From: Lama glama | Taxonomy: Eukaryota | Assembly (NCBI GenBank): GCA_028534125.1 | Contig: CM052831.1 | Span: forward strand, 558,001-622,000 | Length of the DNA stretch: 64,000 nucleotides | Direction: 5' to 3' | Shown: piece by piece, positions 56,909-64,000 of the stretch | Layout of the letters: each line of letters opens with the position of its first letter | Position numbering within the stretch: the first letter of the stretch is position 1 | Translations under genes and position numbers: made by a program | Notes under the pieces: generated by a model | What the model was told of the DNA's origin: nothing | Seen by the model: only the letters and a program-made list of their open reading frames with translations | Databases searched by the model: none

Positions 56909-59900
56909 AGCCGAAGGGAGCACCCAGCTCACAGGTGGCACTGGCGCCTGCACCCAGCAGTCCCGGGCCCAGAGGTGCTGTGGTGTGGAAGGGGGAGGGG
57001 TGGTGGGGCAGGAGGCTTGCAGAGAGAGGAGGGAAGGCCCTGAGCACAGCTCGGAGGAGCAGTGGCTGGGGGCCGGCCGAGAGGGCAAGGACCCTATCTT
57101 CTGGCTGCAGGCCCAGCGCAGATTTGCTGTGGAGCCTGGGACGTGCTCTGTCCCCTCGGAGCCCAGCTCTGCTCGTCTGATGGCAAAGGGGCTGGAGGAG
57201 ACGCTGGTCTCCGTGCCCCTGGGAGGCCCGGGAGGCCCAGGGGCTGGGGCACCTGCTGAGCTGGTGTCCCGTGTTCTGAGGTCCTGCCAGCTCCAGGCTG
57301 CTGTGGTCTCATTTGCTGAAGAACAGGGTCTTCCCTCCCTTCCTTCCTTCTCCGCTGTGACCGGGTCCCCGAAACTTGCTCTGGGTGTCTGACCTCTAGT
57401 CCCTGAGTGGAGCCCCTGGGCTGCTCAGAGACCCCCCACCTGGAGCTCCGTCTGGGGGCGCCCCGGCCTTCCGTCTTTCTGCATGTGACCCAGGGAGAGC
57501 AGGGCATCGGCAGGACCACGTGGACTGAGCCTGCGAGCGTCAGGAGCCTGGCCTGGAGCAGCCACTTCGGACCATTACAGTCATGGCAGGTGGTGACAAG
57601 TGGCAGAGCCCCGCAAAAGCACTTACGGAGACAGATTTCCTTTGTGCTGGTCTGAGCTACTTAAAGGCCGTGAGTGGAGCTCGCAGGCTGCGGGTAAGAT
57701 GAGGGTCCCTGTCTCCTCCCCCCCTCCACTCAGCTCTGCTCGCCCTCCCAGGTCACGGCTGCTCCAGGCTCACCACGGAGCAGGAGAGCCTCTCCTCACG
57801 AGCGGCTCAGAGCCGCTCCTGGGGAGGGCGGAGCGCCTTGTCCTGACCCCGAGGACAGGAGGACCTGAGGGTCAGTGGCCCCTGGACCAGTGGCTGAGGG
57901 TGGGGGAGGGGCTTCCAAAGGAGCAGGGGGTCTGGTGCCAGAGGAGGGACGCTGGGCAGGTGAAAAGGACAGGTGTCTGCCCCTCGGGACACCTGACGCC
58001 TCCAGGTCCTCCTGCTTTGGTCCTGTGCTCCGTCCACCCCAGCCCGGGGGAAGGGAGGAAGGCTGGTAGCTGCCATGGCCACCTGCGTCCAGGTAGGCGC
58101 GAGGCCTTTGGCCACCTGTCTGGGCTCCCCTTCGCCTTCCTGCTTTCTAACCCTCTGCGGGAGGTGCCCCAGCCCGGCACCTCTCCACGCCGGGCCTTGC
58201 GGTCAGTTCCACTGAGCTCTCACGTCACTTACCTGGCCACACCCGCACAGAGCAGCCAGGACAGAGGCGCGTCCTCAGGGCCAGGCATGTGCCTCTGGGG
58301 CCATGCCAGGCCAGAGCCACGTCCTGTCCTCTTACTGTTGTCAATTCCAGAGGCTCAGAAAAGGCCCAGTTGTCTGCTTGCAGCAGGAAGAGCCAGCCCA
58401 GACCTCTCTGCAGTCAGCGCAGTGACAGAGGAGACGCGCTCTGTTCCCTCGATACGGCCAATCCCGGCTGAGAGAACTGGGTTGCGGGGTGGGGGAGGGG
58501 AGGCAGAGGCAGGAGATGCTCCGCGGCCCTGCGCGCCGCCGGCAAGGCCGTTTGTGTTTAGACACGATACCTGAAGCCTGCTCCTTGTGCCAAACCCGGC
58601 AGCGTGGAAGTTTTAGAATAAAAACCGAAAGTCCCCTTAACCCTCCCTCTGCCGTTGTGTGCTCCCCTCCCCGAGGGGATCGTTTTTAAAAGACCTGTTT
58701 TTGTCCTGACCTTTTTTTAAATGCACATACATATACATATACAATTATAGTTTAAAAAATAAACGGGATCACATTATGTTATTACCATACAATGTGATTT
58801 TTTCAGCTGACAATGTGCTTCTGAGATCTTCCCAAGTCTCAGTCTCTTTACAACACTCCTTTTAAGAATACGCTGTAATTTTCTAACAGTTCCCCTATGG
58901 ATGAATAAATCATTTCCCGTTCGTTCTTGTGAGTAGAGGACACCTGGTTCCCTGTGCGTGCGTGTGCACGTTGCGGGGGGGTGCGCTCAGCACCTCCACT
59001 GCCCTTCTAATTTTGCAGGAGTCCTTCCTTGGGAACTGCCCTGTCACAGTCCGACAGGCTCGCAGCACCCGACCTGGGCCTCTGGGGTGGTGGGCCTGTG
59101 ACTCGACCCCATGTGCCACTTTAGGGTGGGCTCCTCAAGGGTCTCGGGCTCAAGCCGGGCCATTCAGGGTCCCCCTGAAACTTCCCACATGGAAGCGCGA
59201 GCACCGCCTGTTGGGAGGAGCCCAGGCTCCTGCAGGCAGACCTGCTCCTGTGTCCAGGCCCCGCGAAATGGTCAGAGGGGACTGCCTGTGCGTCTTGGCC
59301 TCTGGATCCAGCTGCCCTCCCAGTGGGGTGAGCCCACGTGGTGCCTGTCCCCCACAGGCCAGCTCGAGGTGGCTTTCTGCACATGTGTGGTGCCTGCTGT
59401 GTACCTGGTACAGCTTTGGGGCAGACGGCAGGCAGGGCCTCTGCTCTCGGGGGACCCACACTCTGTCGAGGTGGAGGAAGCAGGCCCTAAGTCAGTACGT
59501 GGCCCCCTCCGATAACGGATGTGTCCCAGGGTCAGGCCCCAGCTTCGGGAGACAAGCCGGCTGTGCTGGCTGGTCAGGGGCAGTCGTGGCACAAAGATCT
59601 GTTCTCGACCAGTGCCTCTGACCACTCAGGGACGTTTCCGGAGAAAAAGTGGAAGAAGCTCAGGGCTTTGAAATGTCAGCTTAAGACACGTCAAGGAGTT
59701 GGAGAGCGTCCACAGTGTCCCTAAACCGATCCGTCCTCCTCTGTAGCGGCAGGGCTGGTAACCACAATCGTGGGGTGGCCGAACTGGAGCCTGAACAGAA
59801 CCCACAGCCGGGACGGATCTGCGCCCCGAATGCTGGTGCGCTGGGTTCCCAGGGGCCGGGGCCGGGGCGCCTTACCAGGAAACAGCCTCTTTTCCCGTCA

Positions 59901-60439
59901 GAAGGGACAAGCCCTTCTTTCTTGAAAACCCCGAGACGACCTCGCATGTGCCTCGGAGCGCCTTCGTGTCCTTACAGAGGGTCCTTGAGAGTTAGCCCCG
60001 CACGCCTGCTGCCCGCATAGCCCTCTGTGCCCGGGAACGGGCCCTCACGGGACTGGCGGCCGCTGGGTGGTGGGTGTCCCAGCACCGCGCTGACGTCAGC
60101 CTGGACGGGGTCGAGAGTGCTCGCGTTCTGCCTCTGCGCCTTCTCTCCCGACCACCCCCACCCAGGCAGAGACCCTGCCCCTGCTCCTCCATGCCCGTCT
60201 CCTCAAGCCACCTGTGTGCGCAGCTAACCAGGAGCTGTTTCCCGAGCACAGACGCCCCACCATCTGTACATTCGTGTGTGAGGTAAACACGTTTTCCAAA
60301 GGCAAACCACACAACAAATACTAGCGAAGCTTCGTTTCCCTCTTACTCATGCAGTTAAATATCTGCAGACACTTGGTTTGGTGGGTACGGTGGGCCCCGC
60401 CTGCCCCAGGCCGCGAGGTGTGGTCTCTGCCTCCCGACC

Positions 60440-60520
60440 TGCGTCTATGCGTCTTTGCCTCTGTGCGTCCGTGTGTCTGTGTGTCCGTGTGTCCGTGCGT
60501 CTGTGTCTGTGCGTCTGTGC
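60440..60520. repeat. Degenerate (GTGTCY)n simple repeat
   Basis: GTGCGTCCGTGTGTCTGTGTGTCCGTGTGTCC... Confidence 0.7.
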
Positions 60521-60814
60521 AGGATTCAGGGCAGGAGCAGGTGCAGGCGGTCTCTGGTGCTGCAGGAGGGCTTAGGCAGAGAGCTGCACAGGGAGGGGAG
60601 CCCTGGGTGGGGCTGGCTGTGCCGCTTCCGGGCGGTGCCGGCAAGGGGTCCCCGGTTACAAACCAGCCCTCGGAGCTCCTTCGTGGATGGAGTCCAGTCT
60701 GGACGCCCCTTCAGGAGCCTTCAGCTTCTGGGTTTTTCTGAGTGTGATCCTCTGCTGAGACGCAGGGCTGGATGAGGGGAAAGCTTTGTCCTTTTGTAAA
60801 AGAAAGGACAGTTG

Positions 60815-61005
60815 AAGGCGGGTGTCCACCTCAGCACCGCGGACGCTGGGGTCAGACTCTCTGCGGTGGGGACGTCCGTGCACTGTGCGACGTTTAGGAG
60901 TGTCCCTGCCTCCACCCACCAAACGTCAGCACAGTCCCACCCCCAGTGGGACAACCAGAGGGCATCACCAACCCCCAGGGCGCCACCCCCGAGTGTGACG
61001 GCGGT
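60815..61005. mobile_element. MER20 hAT MITE
   Basis: CCTCAGCAC...GTGCACTGTGCGACGTTTAG...CCCCAGTGGGACAACCA. Confidence 0.75.
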
Positions 61006-61099
61006 CTAAGGAAGCTAGTGCACGGAGGGTCCTTCCTCAGGACAGGAATCTTAGAGGTAAAACCGTGGGATGCAAGGGTATAAACATTTCCTTGGAAGT

Positions 61100-63700
61100 A
61101 AATGTAGCTTCTAACTAGAAAATCGATACACGCTCACCGCAGAAAACCTGGAAAAGGCGGAAATGCGCGAAGGAAGCAGAGGCTCCCCGCCGCAGCCTCC
61201 GCAGACCATCATGCTGGTCTGTCACTGTGCTCCGTTTTCTCTACGTGTAAACAGGCATTTTCTGCTTCCAAACAAGAGACAATGGCACACACGGCTTGTT
61301 TCCACTTAATGGTGTCTGACGGCCACCGTTTCACGTCCGTGAATGTGACCCTGCCAGCAAACCGTATCGACTAGCTGCATGGTTGCTCTGTAATTTAGCC
61401 AGTCCCCATCGCTCACTGAAACATGCGTTTTTATTACACAATCAGTGTATGTTTATTGTCAGAGATTTTTAAAATGGAAGTAGCCACAACGTAGCAAGTA
61501 CACACATCACCCGCAGCCCCGCCGGCCACGGACGGTCAGTGTCAGTAACGTGCGGCCTTCCTCGTTTTCCTTCAAAAAGGGGTTTTTGGCACGTGCTGTT
61601 TTACACTCGCTCTCTCCACTTAACAGTGCGACGCTGGTGGACCCACTTGTGTGACACCGTTACCGACGGCTGCGTGCAACACTGTGGTGTGAAAATACGT
61701 GATTTCATGTAACAGCGGTCGCCTGTGGGTTGGTGTTTCGGCTTTTTATTTTGCCATTCAAAAAAAACCCGTCGCAACAAAGAGCCTTGGAGCTAGTTAT
61801 TTTTCAGGACAAGTTTCTACGAGACCGGGCGGGTCACGAGGCACGAAGGGGAAGTCGCCCTCCAGAGCGGTGCCGCCCTGTCACCCCCAGGAGGGCTCGG
61901 TGCGCACATTCCCACGCCCTCGCTGACACGGGATGTAACGACAGTGACGGTGAAGTGCCAGCTTCACAGGTGAAGCTGATGGCTGGTGGCTCTGATTTGC
62001 ATGTGGCTCCAATACTAAGAAGGCTGAACAGGTTTTCAAATGCCTTTTGTGTTTGGGTTTCTTCTGTTGAAAATTGCTCATGTTCTTTGTTCGTTTCTTC
62101 TATTTGTATGTTAATATTTTCTTGATTATTTATACATCAAGGGTGTTAAGCCTTTCCCTGGAGACATACATTACGACGATTTCCCCAACGCGTCCTCTCT
62201 TTTTCGTTTTGCTTTATGTTTCGTTTCGGTGGTGTCGCCCACTGGATAGAAGTTTGAGACGCCGGTGAGGTCAACCCGGTGGTCTCCACGCCTTGCTGTC
62301 TCTCGCTTTTGGTGCTGTGCTCAGGAAACTTTCCCAACCCAAGGTCTGTAGGCACCCACCTGTACTTTATGGTTTATTTTTAAGTCAATTTTTCTCACTT
62401 TCTCTGTAATTTATTTCGTTGTGATCAGGTGACGTCATCGGGCAGGACGGCGCTTCCTCACCACGCTGGCCGGCGCCCCGTCAGCCGGGAGGGCAGGGAG
62501 GCCGCCGCCTCTCACGGGGTCACCCGCTCGCCTGTTATCAGGGCTTCATTCCGCGCCGTGACAGCTGGGAGACCCGAGCGCCTCAGGGGACGTCTTTCCA
62601 GCGTCTCCCTGACCGGTCATGAGCTGAATCTTCCCCCGGCCAGTTTGCAATGGTTCTTTTTTTCAGAATCAAAAAGATAAAAATCCCAATTGGATTTCAA
62701 GTGGAACTGTACCATCTTGAAAGGTCAGTTTGGGTTGAAATTATACAAATGCCACAATAAGATTAAATCTTGCCAAACAAGAATAGGTCACATGTCTCTA
62801 TTCAACTTCTCCTTGAACTTTTCTGAACACTCTTTTTGGAAACTTTTGTGTTTTCAGTTGTGCTGCACTGACTGTGTTTGGGACAGTTTCTCCATTTTTT
62901 CTGTTGTTATTGTTGGCAGAATTTATTTAGATATTTTGATGGTCCAATATCTGACCTGTTTATTTCAGGGCTGTTGTAAAGGAAGGTGAGTTTTCTGTTT
63001 GTAAGATTCAAAGTCTCTACACCCGTGCCCCTGCCCTACCCCCAGTCACCCTCCACACACGCGCACGCGCACACGCACACACGCGCGCGCACATGCACAC
63101 GCACACCCCATTACTACTAATATTATTCAGAATCTTACTGTGTTCCTTCCTTTCGCCTACATGATCTATCCAGATAGTAAGAAACGAATTGTCGTTCTCA
63201 GTTAGCGGGGTGTTTCCCGCAGACGCCCTCACATTTCTGAGCATGCCTATCCTGCTGTCGGCGTGCACCGTCATCTGGTGCGCTGACTCCCCTGGCCGTT
63301 TGGGTGCCTTGCCCACGTGGTGCTTCTTGTCTTCCGCGCAACCATGTATGACGCCGACATTTGACCCGCGCTGCCTCTGGGGTTTTACACCCCGGTGCGT
63401 GATTGCCTTTCGTGACTGTGCTTTGCAGACGCCTGCCACGGCAGCATCTCGCTCGGTTCTGTTTTGCTCGATGTGAAAGGCGGCCTCTTAGGCCGGGTCT
63501 GCTTCATCCTCGCTGCGAGGCGGCGAGTTGGACGTGTGGCGTGATTGGTAATTTCTGGCTGAGTTCTGTCACCGTCTCTTCTGGTTCTGCTTTTTCTCCA
63601 TTTGAGATTCTGTTGCCGTTTTACTTGCTTTCTGTGCATTTTGAGGCTTTGGAAAGTTCGCACGTTCTGTTTTTGGAACAACCCGTTTCAGCATCTCAGA
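61100..63700 (-). mobile_element. Degenerate antisense L1ME-type fragments
   Basis: TGATTTGCATG...CTAAGAAGGCTGAACA...TTCTTCTGTTGAAAATTGC; TTGGATTTCAAGTGGAACTG. Confidence 0.5.
63053..63106. repeat. (CA/CG)n alternating purine-pyrimidine tract
   Basis: CACACACGCGCACGCGCACACGCACACACGCGCGCGCACATGCACACGCACAC. Confidence 0.9.
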
Positions 63701-64000
63701 CGTGCCTGTAGTCACTCTTCCAGTCGTCAGAGTCCAGGGTCAAAACACGGCGTCTGTGGGGCCCCCCATGTGAGACAGCCATCAGGAGGTGGAAACCCAG
63801 ATCCAGCTGCCTTACCTGCGGCGGAGGGGGGCGTTGCGCCCTTGGCAGCCGCCATGGGGAGGGGCAGCTTCCGACAAGGCCAGGTCACAGGCACCTTGGG
63901 CCCCGCGAGGCGTCACTTTATAATCACCTGCTTGGAGACCCGACCCTGCCGGCCGGGCACTCCCTGGGTGCTCTGTCAGCTCCGCTCCTGGCCGGGTGTT

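Noticed and set aside
57600-58574. 324-aa ORF
   Set aside because: No domain or splice structure; GC-rich intergenic DNA
16110-64000. A novel multi-gene or enzymatic system
   Set aside because: No credible coding exons, intact transposase or retroviral ORFs, or RNA genes were recognised; the content is repeats and candidate cis-elements

Overview
Mammalian genomic DNA, very GC-rich, most likely camelid: one tRNA-Ala-derived Vic-1-type SINE is present and I recognised no Alu, B1, Bov-A, PRE1 or SINEC. Bases 1-13040 hold the last 15 coding exons of PLXNA1 (Plexin-A1) on the + strand: end of the last IPT domain, GxxxG transmembrane helix, split Ras/Rap-GAP and Rho-binding domain, TGA at 13038-13040. 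All visible splice junctions are GT-AG and phase-compatible. Two assembly gaps cut coding sequence (4278-4377, 9912-10051); a third lies at 46460-46645. A ~3 kb 3'UTR ends near 16100. The remaining ~48 kb has no recognisable protein-coding gene: it consists of old L1/L2/MIR, MaLR/ERV LTRs, DNA transposons, simple repeats and several motif-dense non-repeat islands. I found no novel multi-gene system. The best leads are regulatory or evolutionary: an orphan CpG island with promoter motifs (NRF1/Sp1/BANP-like/ETS) ~9.5 kb past the poly(A) site, a solo LTR with seven periodic CCAAT boxes plus two octamers, mirtron-like short introns, Pbx-Hox/Meis and homeodomain motif clusters, and a strong AT-to-GC shift in old repeats. 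Repeat names and boundaries are by eye from remembered consensus sequences and need RepeatMasker/Dfam confirmation.
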